A DNA stretch of 64,000 nt, from contig JALDTO010000215.1 in assembly GCA_023515725.1 (NCBI GenBank), positions 583,053-647,052 on the forward strand, given 5' to 3'. The notes beneath the pieces were generated by a model, which searched no databases, was not told the origin of the DNA, and saw only the letters and a list, made by a program, of their open reading frames with translations. The translations under genes and the position numbers were made by a program. Source of the DNA: Amoeboaphelidium protococcarum X5 (taxonomy: Eukaryota > Fungi > Aphelidiomycota). Of this stretch, positions 40,834 through 55,023 are shown one piece after another. Every line of letters starts with the position of its first letter. The stretch's first letter is position 1.

Positions 40834-42418
40834 ATGGTTCGCGCGTAGACTCCAATGATGTAGCTGCTGAGTCGGTATATTCGGGTAATGCTTATTGAAT
40901 ACTGTCATATGAACATCGCTGTATAAACGATCTAGTGTAGATAAATGGACCGATATCTGTGGCTGATTATATGAGAATGTGTCTATTCCATCCAGAGCAT
41001 GGTTACTATAGTACGCGTCAAGTGTTTGGTCAGAAGGGGGATTTTGTTACCAGTCCTGAAATATCTCAATTGTTCGGAGAGGTATAGATGATGATACGTT
41101 ATATTGACGAGCCAATTAGTGATCTATTTAATGTATTTGTAGTTGACTGGAGCTTTCATGTTGAATCAAGCTTTGCAGTATTCCAAATTTCGATACGTTG
41201 AACTTGGCGCTGGTAGAGGAACTCTGCTATCTGATATGCTACGTGTATGACATCTCATTAAAGAATAGCTTTTATTAAATAGTTAATGTCAAATCATCTT
41301 TGAATGCATGGTATTGTAGGTTTGGTAAAGAGGATGTAATATTCGAGAGCATTTGGATTCCATTGATCTTGTAGAGCGTAGTTTGGAGTTGCGTAAAGTT
41401 CAGCTATAGACACTGTTAAGAAGCTTTAATTTAAATACCAGCGAGTTTGATAATAATGCTCTTTCTCCGGAATTAGATCTATCATAGCCTGTTTAAAATC
41501 TTAAATTGCAGAATGGAGTGACTGTAAATTGGTATAGCGATGTTGATCAAATCCCGCTGGGATATCCAATCTTTCTAATGGCTCACGAGTTTTTTGATGC
41601 TTTGCCATTTCATTAATTCAAGGTATGCTACTCTTTCTGTCTCATGCATTGAGTATTTATATAAATTGATTGTAGAAAGTCGATGAGAAGTGGGCAGAAG
41701 TTGGAATAAATTTGGACGAGACCACTGATGCGTAAGTTTTGATTGTCATCATACGGATTGATGTTGATTGATCACTAATAGCATTGAGTTTGTAGAAGTA
41801 TGCCATTGAGATTTGGATTGTTGAAAGAGGAAACGCCGGCACTGCAACTTGCAATGTAAAAATTGAATAGAACCTAATTGGAGGGACTTGATACTTTTGA
41901 GTTCTCACCAGAAGCGGTGAAAATTGCAGCTCAAATTGCTCGCCTTATATCAGTTCATGACAGTGGAATGGCTGTTGTGATTGACTATGGTTCTTAGAAA
42001 ACTCCATCCGGTTCATTTCGCGTAAGATATACTGTACTTATAGTTCCTTTGACTCACATATAAGTGGTGTATATTGTAGGGAGTCTATAAGCATCAATTC
42101 GTTCATCCACTGCAATACCCGGGAGAATCTGATCTGACTGTCGATGTTGATTTCAAACTTATTCAAGAAGAGGCTGTGCGGTAAGATGAATTGCTGGCAC
42201 CAGATGTTGTCACATAACGCGATTTTCTTCTCTCAATGGGAATAAATGAGAGATGCGCCATGCTTTGCAAGAACTAGAGCGCGTAAGTTCAGAGAGAGAT
42301 AACGAGCTAACGAGATAGACTGATTGCAGAGGATGGAATGGGTACTGTTTACAAAGTGCAGCTGATTAAAAACGCGGATACAACTCCAGTGCCTCCATTT
42401 AAAGTTGAAAAACGATGA
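40834..42418 (+). CDS. NDUFAF7: MidA/NDUFAF7 arginine methyltransferase (about 6 introns)
   Basis: GPISVADYMRMCLFHPEHGYY, FGQKGDFVTSPEISQLFGE, ELGAGRGTL, AHEFFDALP, IDYG, PGESDLTVDVDF. Confidence 0.9.
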
Positions 42419-42504
42419 CGCGTTATATAGTGTGTATTAATCATTGTTGCTTTCGAAAATACCTATGTATCATCATTGCTAATAGAGCTTGGATCAGAGA
42501 GATT

Positions 42505-44160
42505 CTGCCTTTTCATTCATTGCAGGCCAAAGATTGGCGTAATCATGTTCAGTTGGCGCTCTTTTGTATCCAACACTCATAGCATACTTAGGCGTTTACC
42601 TAAATCATCCATTTAGGCTGAAAATTTACGCCAGACAACACAACATTTACAGTTCAAGAAATGCAGCCAGAAAGTGACGACAAACTGATCCCTTGTTTGT
42701 CTCATATCGACACGAGCACAGATCTGAACTATTTTCAAACACAGAGACACCAACATTGACTTATTGATTTTATCTATGTCTTACTGTTATCGCCGTAATG
42801 CACTCGGGTACATCTTCATTCTGTTCATACCCACCATCGTCAAAGTTTGCTTCCTCAGCATGATCTACGTGACAGTATTCATCGAAAATTGTAGAGACCT
42901 TGTTCTCCACAGTAGTTTCAAGTGCCACGTCATAGCACAAAGCCACATCCATCATTTGAGTAAATACAAACGTCTCGGAGTGAATAGACTTTAGTTAGGA
43001 TATCAGCTATCACATTCTTAGCACGGGGGACATTCTTTATAAAATAAACTGGCAGCAAAAGGTGTTAGAAGCTCTACCACATGATCGAATCAAGCTTGTC
43101 CAAAACGTGCTCTCAAGATCTGATTATTAACAGCAATCTCTTCGTGACTTATTTTTGTCTCCAGAATTTAGACTAATCATAATTCATATTAACCCTGTAT
43201 TCCGATATCGTCTACAGAAGTAAGGTTACTTTGGTCTTAAGTCAGTCTTAGACAAAGCAGCATTTAGACTTTCCGCCCAGGATGAGCAACTAAATTCCAT
43301 AATAAAAACAGAACGCATTACCCAATAGGGCCATTTCTCAAGTTCATCCTCTGTATGAATGAAGAGTCTCTCCCTTGATACTGTATGCTCTATATCTAGG
43401 ATGCGCGTTCAAAAGCTATTCCAGGCAGTAATGAATTCATCCTTATTTCGCAAGCAAACTTGATCTTTCTAATCCTCTTTCACAGAGATTATAGTCTTAT
43501 ACTCTGGCGCGGAAAGTCTATCTAAAATCAGAAATTTCATTTATAGATATCTTCGTATTAAGTACTTTATTCCAGCGGCAGATGTGTCAGCGTCTCTAGA
43601 TTTCTTCACGCCCACAGACAGTTGAATCACCACCAAATCTGTTGATTGTGACGGAATTTCACAGGTCCTCTTCTAGGCTTATATTCTTTCCAAGATTTAG
43701 TAAGATGTCAAGCAAGCACAAGTTATAGTGGACCACCGCAAGACTGACTTAAAAATGACACATTCGCTACCTGATCAACATAGGAGAAAATAGCTCACGG
43801 ATCCAGTTATTTCTGTCGTGTTATATGTAGATTTAGCGAACGCGTCCTCACCAGAGACCAGAGCAAAGACCAGGGGAAGCAAAGTGCAACCGTCCTTCAG
43901 ACTCTCAAACAACCACTGTATCCAGAATGGTATACCAAACTTTTTCCCTTCTTATACGTGATATCAATGACATCACATTCTCATAATATGTTAACGATTT
44001 CAGTGTATTTGAAGTGAGCCAGAAGAAAGATAGAAACCAAGATAAATTGTCAGTATTGAATAGAAGTTTCCACCCATCAGTCTATCACTTCATGTACGAA
44101 AATTTCAGAATAGTCTTTGGCCACTTGAATGACGCGTTTGGTACAAATATCTTGATCATC
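42505..44160 (-). mobile_element. Degenerate Mutator-like (MULE) transposase with SWIM zinc finger
   Basis: Broken frames give DITYKK..FGIPF, QWLFESLK, EFITAW...LEKWPYW...SSWAESLNAAL and CSCRYETNKGSVCRHFLA (SWIM, about 42665-42725). Many TGAs and frameshifts; boundaries approximate. Confidence 0.65.
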
Positions 44161-44329
44161 TTGTAACTAATATGCTAATTTCTAGCATATGAAAATTGTC
44201 ATTCACAACTCCAATGGATCTTTACTCTAATCAGAAATCACCTTGAAACAAAACGCGTTCTCTTTGATTCCTTCAGGAAAAACCAATTCAGTTTCATCTC
44301 AAAATTCGTCTCCCTCATAAATAATCATC

Positions 44330-47236
44330 ATGTTGTTCGAACAAGTCAGATATGTCCTGCAAAAGTTGGAGGATAATCCTGTTAGATAAATAAAACTAAA
44401 ATACCTCCAGTAATTGTTTAAAGATGCCAGAAACGAGGCACCTGATGAGTTGTTTGACATTGTACGTCTGATCATACCCCAGAGGGATCCGCGCACTTAT
44501 GGCATGAAAGAAACCAGGCTAGTTGAAATATACAGTGGAATGCTGGCTCTTCCTCATGCAGAGATTAAACGCCTTAAAGACTGGAAATAGCCTCAGCTGT
44601 ATTAATATACAACCGACGTTTATGATGACGCGTAAAGTTCTCGAATCGACTTTGCCACCGTCCTTCTGGCCAGCATAGAGTCTCGGTGGACCGGCGTAGG
44701 TGAGACCATGAATATCCGAGACGTGAATGACTATCTGGATTAGTTGAAACAGTTGGAGAAGAATGCACCAAGTCAAAATGGATTCGAGACTAATGCGCCC
44801 AAGAAGAAGAAGTAAGAGGAGATATTCTACAAGATTTTTAATAACTGCAGCCCACAAGAGTAGAAATGGATTATTCGTATCATCATTAAAGATATGTTCA
44901 TAGGCATTGGCGAAGACTCGGTTCTGAGGACATTTCATCCGGATGCACCTGAAGAGTACAAGTTCTGTACCGATCTGCAGAAGGTTGTCGACAAGTGCAA
45001 AGATATTCATAAACGATTTAAAGACGCTCAGATTTAACTGTTTACGTAATTTAGTCCTATGAAGTTGTAGAAGGTACTTCCTGGAGATGTAGTCCGCAAA
45101 ATGGATAATGAACCATTTTATATTGAGGAGAAGTTGGACGGTTTCCGTATGATAGTTCATCTGGATGTTCAGATGGGCAGAGTGACGTACTTTAGTCGTG
45201 ATGGACTGGACCACTCGCATGAGTATGGAGAGTCGTAGTACGAAGGTGCAAGTCGACGGTTTTGGCCGTGTTTAACTGCAAAGCAAGGAGTAAAGAATAT
45301 GATTCTAGATACTGAAATCCTTGTGTTTAATCCGGCTAATGATGGTGTGGAAGCTTTCGGAACTATAAGGCAGGTTGCGGCTTATGATGATGGAATTCAG
45401 ACTGGAAAGAGGTTGTATCTTGTGGTATTTGACGTTTTATATTTGAATGATTAGAATTTATGCATGTTGCCACTTTCAAAGAGGAAATCATATATCAAAG
45501 ACTTGATAGAAGAGCAACATGGTATCGTCAAAGTGCTAGAGTATTAGGAGGCAACCACCACAGAACAAGTTGTGAATTTCATGGAGGAAATTTTGTTAAA
45601 GAAAGGTGAAGGCATCGTGGTTAAGGATCCAAAGAGCACATATATCCCTGACTCGCGAAATGGTAGATGGCTAAAGTTGAAGCCAGATTATATTTCCGGT
45701 CTTGGTGAGCACCTAGACGCTGTCATTATTGGCGCCAAGTATGGGCATGGTGATAAAAGTAACTTGTATGCATCATTCCTCGTCGCCGTCCGTGATGATA
45801 GATATGAATCTGATACTGGCGACGATGATTAGTTTAGTGCGGATTAATGGTCTACTCTGTCTCATGTTGGATCTGGTTTTACCATGGATCAATTGGCTGA
45901 GCTGTATCATAAACTGCAGCCGTTGGAGATGCGGTTTGATCCGGACAGAATACCATCTTGGCTAGTCGCCATTCCTAACCCGCAACTTAGGCGTACTGCT
46001 TCCACAAACTTGACTGGAAAGTTGATGTTGATTGGTACTGATAATATAGATGTGCTATTTGCTCCATTGCCTTAGCAATCTGTTATTGTTGAGTTGAAAT
46101 GCATGGAGATCACTACGTCTGATACTGCCTGTGGATACGGACTTAGATTTCCAAGATTGGTATAGATTCGAAGTGATAAGCCTTTAAAGGATTCACTGTC
46201 TTATTCTCAACTTGCCAAATAGTTTGAATAAACTAAGGGAATAAAGCATCATATTCTGAGAGCGAATGAATTGGACGACGGTTCTGTTATTGATACTGCG
46301 ACGGCGTTGATGTCATGTAGTGGCAGCACTCCGAGTAAAAAGCGCCAGCGTCCGAAGTAGGAACTTCCGTAAGATTTGCGCGGAGTCTAAGTTGATGAAG
46401 AAGAAATAATGGGGAACTTTTTCGATGGAATTGAAGTTTTTGTTGCCAATGGCTCAAATGAACATTCCAAGCAGAAAATTGAGCGCGAGTTACTCAAACA
46501 GAAAGCTGTGATTGTGTAAAATCCACGGGTATCTACCAAGTTGGTGATTGCTGGTAAACAGAGCATTAAAGTTCGTCAACTGGTTGACAAGAAGTAATGT
46601 AGTATTGCAAAACCGTCATACGTATTTGATTGTATAGAAGCGGATATTTTGCTGCCTCTCACTGAATCTAACTCGATCTTTATCTCTGATGATTCCGCTA
46701 AAACTATCGCAGATTTGGATCAGTTTGACAAGTATGGTGACAATTACGCGAAGGATTTATCAATGAAGAGATTCGAGCACCTTCTCAAAGAGATGACAAT
46801 TGAGGAGTAGTAGATTTATGGCGAGTTAAATGGCCCGCTCGATATCGGTTCCGCTGATCAGTTACATCGCCAGGCTTTGTTATAGTTGTATGAATAGCTT
46901 GAGATGTAGCCTGGAGATCATAACTTCTTCCGGCCTGTCAATGCGTATTTTGATATGTATAAGATTATTGAAGATAAAGAGGCAGTGAAAGTATCACCAC
47001 AATTATGGACCGTCTTAAAGTTGGGAGTTGAGCTTTTTGGTGGCGCAGTCTGCGATTCGATTGATCATTAAACAACACACATTGTAGTATCTCCACAAGA
47101 TTTGAGCCGCGTGGACTAATTGCGAAATATTAATCAAGGTCGTTTGGAATAAAGAATCTCTATAGTATCGTCTTAGTGGTTGAAGGATTGTATCAAAGAG
47201 AGGTCGCTGATTGATGAGCAGCGATATCTCATCTGA
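44330..47236 (+). CDS. LIG4: DNA ligase IV
   Basis: RTYGMKE, EEKLDGFR (motif I), EGIVVK, WLKLKPDY, LRFPR, two BRCT-like C-terminal domains with a DKYGDNY linker. Confidence 0.92.
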
Positions 47237-47678
47237 TTGAAATTCCAATTAAGGCGCTCGAAAATATGTACTATTCGCGATGATTTTATATAATGACATG
47301 ATATAGGCTTTTTAATTTAATGGCTTTCCATTATTTGTGGACATAGCTCCGTCAACTTTTAATTTGAAGTTTGAGCTGCAAAATCAGTTTAGTCCAACAT
47401 ACTGTTTCATCAATCACATTTTGGTTATCGAGATTAGAGCAGAACAGCGAGATTACAAACTCCGATAATATAGATAATCAAAGTTATATAAAGATGAGAC
47501 ATTTAATGCGTAAAACTATGCACTATTCTGTGATATCGCGATGTTGTGCACACCTAAATGAATCCCCTCATTGAGTGGGTCTCTGGTATCTTCTAAATAA
47601 GGAGTTCAGGAGGCACCTTTCATAAAACTGAGGACTTAGTATTCTCCTTGCACTTTGATAGTAGATTATCGAGAGAAA

Positions 47679-48771
47679 ATGAAAGCATTTTTAGTGATAG
47701 TTCTTATTGGTTTATCAGTCGCTCTTCCTGGGTCTGTCGATGAAGATGACGCGCCAGTATACTATTAAGCTTGGGGTAGTTAGCGCCTCGAATACGAATT
47801 TGGGCATTTGAACATAGGAGAAGAACGTGCTCCGGATGATGCACTATAGAGACGCAATGTGGTTGATATCAATGGCAATGAGTTTACTCTGAGCATGATG
47901 CCTTAGTAATCTCCTGATTACTTCTTACGATTGTTTGCGTATGATGACCTTGATACATTGAAAGACTGGCTATTGTAGGCATCTGACCGTGTCAAATCAC
48001 AAACTGTATTACTGGCATGTCGTGAGAATAGAGTTGCTTTCATTGACTTTGCCATCAGTGAGAAGATTGTACCTCAGTGAAATTATCACGAAGTTTGCTT
48101 AGTTTCTGCGTGTGATAATTTAGGTTAGGACTATATTCTAATTTGTGTCCTCAGGTAATGGTTTCCAATAAGTAGTTAGTTGAGAACGTTATATTTGAAG
48201 GTGTGAATGCAGGCGTGCCTACTGAATCCATCAAACAATAATTGGATAGCTGTTTTGGACATTTGATGGATAGGTTTCTGCTGAATATTTATATGCAGTT
48301 TGCTACTGCTGCATCTGCAAGTATAACACGTCGAGATGCTATGCAGGTTATCATTTCCTAGATCACAAGCGAGGCCAGCTTCCATGCGCTAAACTGCGAC
48401 AATCTGGTGGTGTTTATGGTTAAAGGGCTTATTATGAATCACTTTGTGGATGAGGTTTTTGGGCTCGCAATCACTGCAGGTCAATTTATACTGAACATCA
48501 CTACTGGGCGTTTGCGGCTTATATCACTGACTAATATGATGAGTTAGAGGCATTTGACTTATTGCCTAAATTGTTCCGTATGAAAAGCAGCAATTGGAGG
48601 TTTTTGTCGTTGCGCATGGCAGCAGTATCGAACAAGACAGTTCTAGTGCAGCAGTTTCTGTCTGCCTTCGAGTATACACGCGACGAAGTATAGAAAATCT
48701 ATGATAGACTGTCAGGGGACCCGGAAGCTGACACAAAGACTGTGGAAGTGCTACGACATTGGCTACAATGA
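47679..48771 (+). pseudogene. Secreted helical (ankyrin-like) protein pseudogene
   Basis: Signal peptide MKAFLVIVLIGLSVALP, in-frame TGA at 48078, further stops and frameshifts, coding-like sequence to TGA 48769. Confidence 0.5.
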
Positions 48772-49730
48772 TTGTTTCCCATCTAGGCGTCCAAGATATT
48801 AAATTTTGTAATAGAATTTATCACAATTATTAATAAAATAGTTCGAATAGTTGATTGAAACAGTTCCACTACGTTCTGTCGATCGGTTTCAAATTTTCAC
48901 GCGCCTACATTTAAAGCATTCGCACGACGAATCAACCTTTAAGGTTCGCATGAAAAATATGCAACTCAGTTAATATCCCGGCCGCTCTCCTGGTCTTCTG
49001 TAAAAAAATTACAAAACCATAGTCAGAAATTGTATAGACTTATCAGGACTTATCGACGCGTCATTGATATAAGATTGTAGCTAGTGATGAACACATAGTC
49101 CAGTTCTGCTACTGATATATAGTGAAGATCAATACTCAATGCTTACCAAATCTGAATCTACAATTATTCAATGACGCGTCGACATCTGATGTTACATGGA
49201 TTATGCTTTATACTCTAATTGCTCTTGCATGTAAGTACTACTATCAGTTACAGCTGAGTGCCTATTGAGGTATTGATGTTTTATCCGTGTTTCACCTGAT
49301 TGCATAAGTGATTAAAATGTAATGTGATAACCTGAACCTCAATATTGATATGATCATCAAGATACAGTCTGTTTTATACCTATGAGCACTGTATCTTGAT
49401 AGATATCATTACCGCGGGATTTCGTTACTACAATGATGATAAAAGTCAATCCATTCGTTGATAACTGCAATGTGGTCTGCTGGATGCCTTAGATTGAGAT
49501 GTCGACAAGAGGTTTTCTCTAGTTACTATCTTGGTCTCTGTTTGCGGATAGTGGATAATCTTACTTTGTAGTTCAGGATAACACTTGACTATCTGAGGTA
49601 ATTGTAATTTCGCTGTATATTAATCCCATTAATATATCATTCAGCAAAGCATCTCTATTTATCATTTCAATTCAAACTCATTTATCCGATTATTAACCTT
49701 CAAAACCAATAACCAACTATAACCATAAAA

Positions 49731-50660
49731 TCACTCCTTGACCCGATTGCTCTTCTAGATCAAACTTTAATCTTTATTACCACCATCTACCAACTAATGA
49801 CCTCGCAACTTATCCACGGCCCTTATCACAACCTCCCAAATCACAAATCTCATCAAAAATGTAAGAGCGAAGCAGAACATGTACATTACAGGTCGGTAGA
49901 ATGCACCGAACATCTCCAATAGTCCAATCGGTGGCTTGAGCATGTAGTTTACATTAACTCCACTCAGGAGCGACACTGTGGCCAAGATTAGTGAGTGATA
50001 AACAGCCACGCCTAGAAATGAGGCCAACGCCAAATTCACTTACAACGGCATCACATAGAACCGCTTCTTCCACATACACCACATGGGCAAAGCTAGTAGA
50101 ACAATGTGCTCATACCAAAAGAAATGCTTTTCCATAAACTGATGAGAGTCTCGCAGATCTGGTTGTACCACCGCCAATAGAATACCCCATGATAGATGAA
50201 GCAGAATGTTGAACATTATGTGTGGCAGCTTACGTCTAGTGTCAAGCGTTAGCAGATAAATGTACATGAGATTAGTGATATGGCATGGTTGTAAGACAAA
50301 GAGCATAAATCCCTTGACATACGTAAACTTTAGAGTCATCAAAAAGGTCACCACCAAGGACACATGAACCGCTCTCTCAAGCCAAGACCGTTTAGTACCT
50401 GCAGCTTTATCTCCTAGATCGCTGATAAACTTCTCAAGGCCTGCATGATGATTAAACACCTTATTAATGTAATACAGAAATGTAGTGATGGTAAACATAT
50501 TAGTAACGACGAATTCAATGGCATGCTGGGCCGGCGACAGATACCATGATCCTTTCAGAGATGATTTTCTATCTGTAATGTAAGACATCTCTGCAGCGAA
50601 TTCCAGCACAAAGCTCTCCAATGGTTATACAACATACTATTATAGCAAATTATTAGCCAT
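49731..50660 (-). CDS. TMEM164-family membrane protein
   Basis: GSWYLSPAQHAIE, FVLQPCHI, QPD, FWYEH, GVNVNYMLKPP; multiple TM helices. Confidence 0.75.
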
Positions 50661-50947
50661 TTCTAGGTTTTATATAGTCTGATGTGAATTGCTAGAGACG
50701 TTGCTTGTTGTTTCACACGGCCAGATTTGGCAAGAAAGAGGAATCTGCCGACAAAGATCCGGTCGAGATTGAATCGATCGTTAAGCTCATTCACACAAGA
50801 TCATGCGCCGTAGATTCACACTAGTGCAAATCTATACCGTGTAACACTGGGACTTGAAGCGGAAATCTTTATCATGATGTGGCATTTATCAAATAAAATT
50901 TTAAACGATTCGTTACAATAAATAATTTTTAACACTTAGTATGTCAT

Positions 50948-53356
50948 TCAGAGTTACTACTACTAATCCGAAAGGTAGGGATCAAAGGAGTCGAGTAGAG
51001 AGTCCAGTTTCAACAAGGTGTTCTTGTGTGGACTGGTCTTTGATTGAAGCGACGCGGTGGTGAGCTGATTAGTCTATGCAGAATCTAGACCGGGCGCGTC
51101 AAAATGATCATCATCTTCCGGAGGAGATGTCGCCATATCCCTCAATCTGTCGATCAGCTCATTAAACTGTTAGAAAGAGCCAGTGGTATTTTTCTTCAAC
51201 ATCTTCTCTGAAACACCTTGAGCATTTCCAATAGTGTTGGACTTATCATTGATCACCTTCTAAGTCGTAGTTGTAATATTCAATGAGGAATCGCTCTGTT
51301 CAAGGGCTTTAAAGTTGAGTGCATCAGATCTAATGATATTAGTCTCTTTCTAATTCAGTGGCTCTTATACTTTGGCATTTCCAAGGCGGTCATCTCGCTC
51401 CGGTTCATCTTGAGGACTTTCCACGACTTCAATCTCGTCACCTTTTTCATTGGCATTATTCAAATTCTCAGCGCTTGGATATAAGCTGTTTTCCCCTGTT
51501 GGCTGTATATCATTACCACCATTATTAATAGAGACATAACAAGAAGGAACCCAGCCATTCTGTCCATTTTTCTCTGCCAGTAGCCAATGACGATAAGTTT
51601 TGTGCACAATCAGTTTATCGCCTTTACTTAGAGACATTTCGTTTACACCAATCGCAGAGTAATCAAACAAGGCAAGACCCTGCTAATCCTGATTCTAATT
51701 CTGATCGTTCTCCTAATTCACCTAATCTTCTTCAAGCAGACAACCAGCGGGAACCCACCCAGTCTTGCCTTGTTTCTCTACAATCCACCAGCCAGTCTCA
51801 TTCTTATCTCTTATTATAAAAGTATCTCCAATATTGACATCAAGTTCGTCTTCTCTCTCAGCTTTGTACTCATAGATTGCAACTGCCTTTTCTGAACCGG
51901 CATTAGAAGATTCATCCTCCTCTTGAATTATATTGTTGTTCTATCCATAATTGGTGCGATTACCGTCAGGTGACGCATATCCCTCCGCAAAGTCACTTGA
52001 AGTACCGCGCTGTGCATCAACAAGCGATTCCTCAGAGGTGGTGGTCATATCTGTAGTCTTCGTATCACTCTTTCCGCGAGACGAGGTATCTGTATCGGTA
52101 TTGGTATTAGTTATACTTCTTACCTTCCTCCCGAACAAATCACCTTTACTATTACGGAGAGCCTCGACAATTGATAAATGTTCAACATTCTTCATCACCG
52201 GATTCATAGAGTCGGCTCTAATATTCTTGAGGAAGAACTTTGGAACATCCACGTCAGTCCTCAATTAGAAGTACAGAGCTAGAGGACAATCATCGTACGA
52301 TAGACACTTCTCCTGCCCCTTGTACTCCATAAAGATGGCATACTTTTTCCAATCATCAGCGAGCTTCCACTTTTTAAGAGTCAGTGGCAATACCTTAGAA
52401 CAAGTATCAGTTACACTCATAAATACAGACTTGTAAGATTCATACTCTCTATTCTCCAAGTTATATCCATAAATCTTCAAAGCACCAGCAGTCTGATTAG
52501 GATCAAGAGGCGACGAAAGCCGTCTGTTATTATCACTAGAATTCTAGCCATTGGAAAAAAGTCCTTGTAAAGTATACTTCTTCTATTTACCCACCATCAC
52601 AGTTGAGGAATTAGATGGGGTAGTCATTCTTTTACTATTGCTGGTACTGATCGTCGAGTTAAACTTGTCACCAATCTGAGTTGAACTTCTCTCTTTGACC
52701 TACACATTAAATATAACCACCACTAGTTGCTGATAATGATATACTGAAATTCTTACCAATTCATCGACTATTTATCGGAGCTCTAACAATTCTTCTCCCA
52801 TCTAATCAACTTGGTGCTTCAACCCGACTACGAATTAATCTACATATACCACATTTATTCCATATATATATCACAAGAATAAAAATTCAAGCTTACTGTC
52901 ATCGGCATTCAATCGCTCAATGCTCTAACTATCACCAAGACCAAGACGAGAATTTTGAGCATCAGCTTTCCTAGAGAGATTTCCATCAGATCCAGAAATA
53001 TCCGCATTACTACCCAGCTAACGCAACGCACCCATCTACTATCGATCGTCGGCAAGATCTTCGTATCCTTGCGACTGTTTCAGCTCTTTGATCTCCCGAA
53101 TCAGCGCCATTCTATGACCAACAGACTTGACCTCAAGCTCTTTCAGCAGATCCAAATCAGCATAGAGCAACATCTCTCCAGTAATTTCATTCTCTACATA
53201 TATAGTTAAAAAAGTATATGAATGAGATTTTAAAATATTGTATACAGAATCATAACAGAATTTACCGACAAAAATCCTCTCATAACTGTCATATCCCACC
53301 AAGACTAGCCAATTGCCGACAGTCTTTGGATCCCAAAACTCTAGCAAATTCTCCAT
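50948..53356 (-). CDS. Ste50/Ubc2-like MAPK adaptor (SAM-RA-SH3-SH3), about 3 introns
   Basis: N-terminal SAM (W...VGNWL...ITGEMLL..DLLKELEVKSVGHR), RA domain (YKSV...DTCSKVLP..LKKW...E.CLSYDDCPL), two SH3 domains (GWVPAGCL, GWVPSCYV). Confidence 0.8.
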
Positions 53357-54002
53357 ATCTCTGAGAGCAGCTGTAAACTACCTATTAATAATAATAATGT
53401 CTTTCTATTAGTTTACTACCAGAGAAAAAGGAACAGTTTCTACCAATTGAAAGAAACAGCAGAAGAGAAAATGGCCAGGGTGAAATTTGTCTGATCAAGC
53501 TCGGCCAAAAGAACACAATTCAACAACCATTTGTTCATTGAGTGGATATTATTTAATTCACTATAATGGATAATTCAAATACAATTGCACCCAACTTAAG
53601 TTATATGAAAATAGAGATAAAACTCCTTCATAATATCATCTAATTAATCTCGACTGCGGTCTTCCAGTCAAACGTCGATTAGAATGTATCAAATCTAACG
53701 TTTCCATTGAATGTCGTCTTTAAGTAACGCTGTAAAACTTTACGGCAGATTATAGGATTATTACAGCTATATATTAACTGCAATGTTGCAGGAGATGAAT
53801 CGATCAAAATACTCAAGTCGCGCATCTATTACTTAGTGTAATCATGATAATCACCAGATTTGTTCATACAAGAGCTTGGAATCGCTGATGTGTAACTTGT
53901 TCGATATCTAGCGCGGTTCATTCTATTGGATGACTTTTCCCCTCGCGGTTGACAAGTAAAATGTTTTAACTTTAGCGTCTCTCAATCTGAAGTACTATCA
54001 GG

Positions 54003-54117
54003 CTGAAGGTCTTTCATTTTGAGAGCCTTTCAATTTGAGGGTCTTTCATTCTGAGGATCTTTCATTTTGAGAACCTTTCATTCTGAGGGTCTTTTAATCT
54101 AAGGGCCTTTCATTTTG
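54003..54117. repeat. 16-bp degenerate tandem repeat (about 7 copies)
   Basis: Units CTTTCATTYTGAGRNY start at 54011, 54027, 54043, 54059, 54075, 54091 and 54107. Confidence 0.85.
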
Positions 54118-54240
54118 TACTACAATAACTACTGTAGTAAATAAAGTGAGACAATATATCAAAAGATATCAATTCAATTAGATCAATGTATTTTAAAAGG
54201 CGTCACTAGTCGGAAACAATTTCCATAATAATCAGCCACC

Positions 54241-55023
54241 TCAGATATTCTGCTTTTATAGAGCCTATTCAATATCGCCGATACACTGCTCCAGGTAACG
54301 ATCTGCAAACTTGGGGTCATTCACGGCAGCCATGACACGGTCCATCACCTCCTATGCAATTCTTCTCTGCTCCTTCTCCCGCTCAGCAGTCTCGTATCGC
54401 ACCCAGTTATCCAGGATGGATTTAGCCTTGGTATAGAACTCAACCTCCTATTGATGTTTGTAAGCATCAGCTTCCAGCTTGGTGACCTGCTTAGCCTGGG
54501 CAAAGATATCCTTCACCATGTCCTCCAACTCGGTAATACCAGAACCGGAGATGGCATGGATCTCAGACTCCAGCTTACTCTCAGCCTTGGACTTTGAGTC
54601 TGCCCAAATCTTGTCCTCCTCCTTGATCACGGCATTGACCAGGTCAGCGATTGGCGGACTAGCCATCTTGAACATGTAATACATTACAATGGTGAACGGA
54701 ATCAAATACACAGTATCTCCAGTGTATGGAATGATTTCTTTACCAAACAGCAGAGCAGTGGTGGCAGTGGCGAACACGGCGTTCTGACTCTTTTCACCAT
54801 CATCTTTACCAGGCATCATTTACAGCCACTTGTACGCAGTCTTCTTGTGTTCATCCTCAAAGTTGACCTGTTGCTGCGATGGAGCTTCAGTATTAGCAAC
54901 CTATCCATCCTTACCGGTGCTGACTGCATCCTGACGTCTAACTGCAGAGAGACTCAACTAACGTCCATGGCCAACACGCTTGATCAACGATGATGTGAAA
55001 TTCGACTTGGAAACTCTCAACAT
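54241..55023 (-). CDS. ATP4: Mitochondrial ATP synthase subunit b
   Basis: Presequence, two TM segments around KEI, then KLEADAY...KAKSILDNWVRYETAEREKEQRRIA...EQCIGDIE. Confidence 0.85.

Noticed and set aside
54003-54117. CRISPR-like array
   Set aside because: Contiguous degenerate tandem units with no spacers; eukaryotic context with no cas genes.
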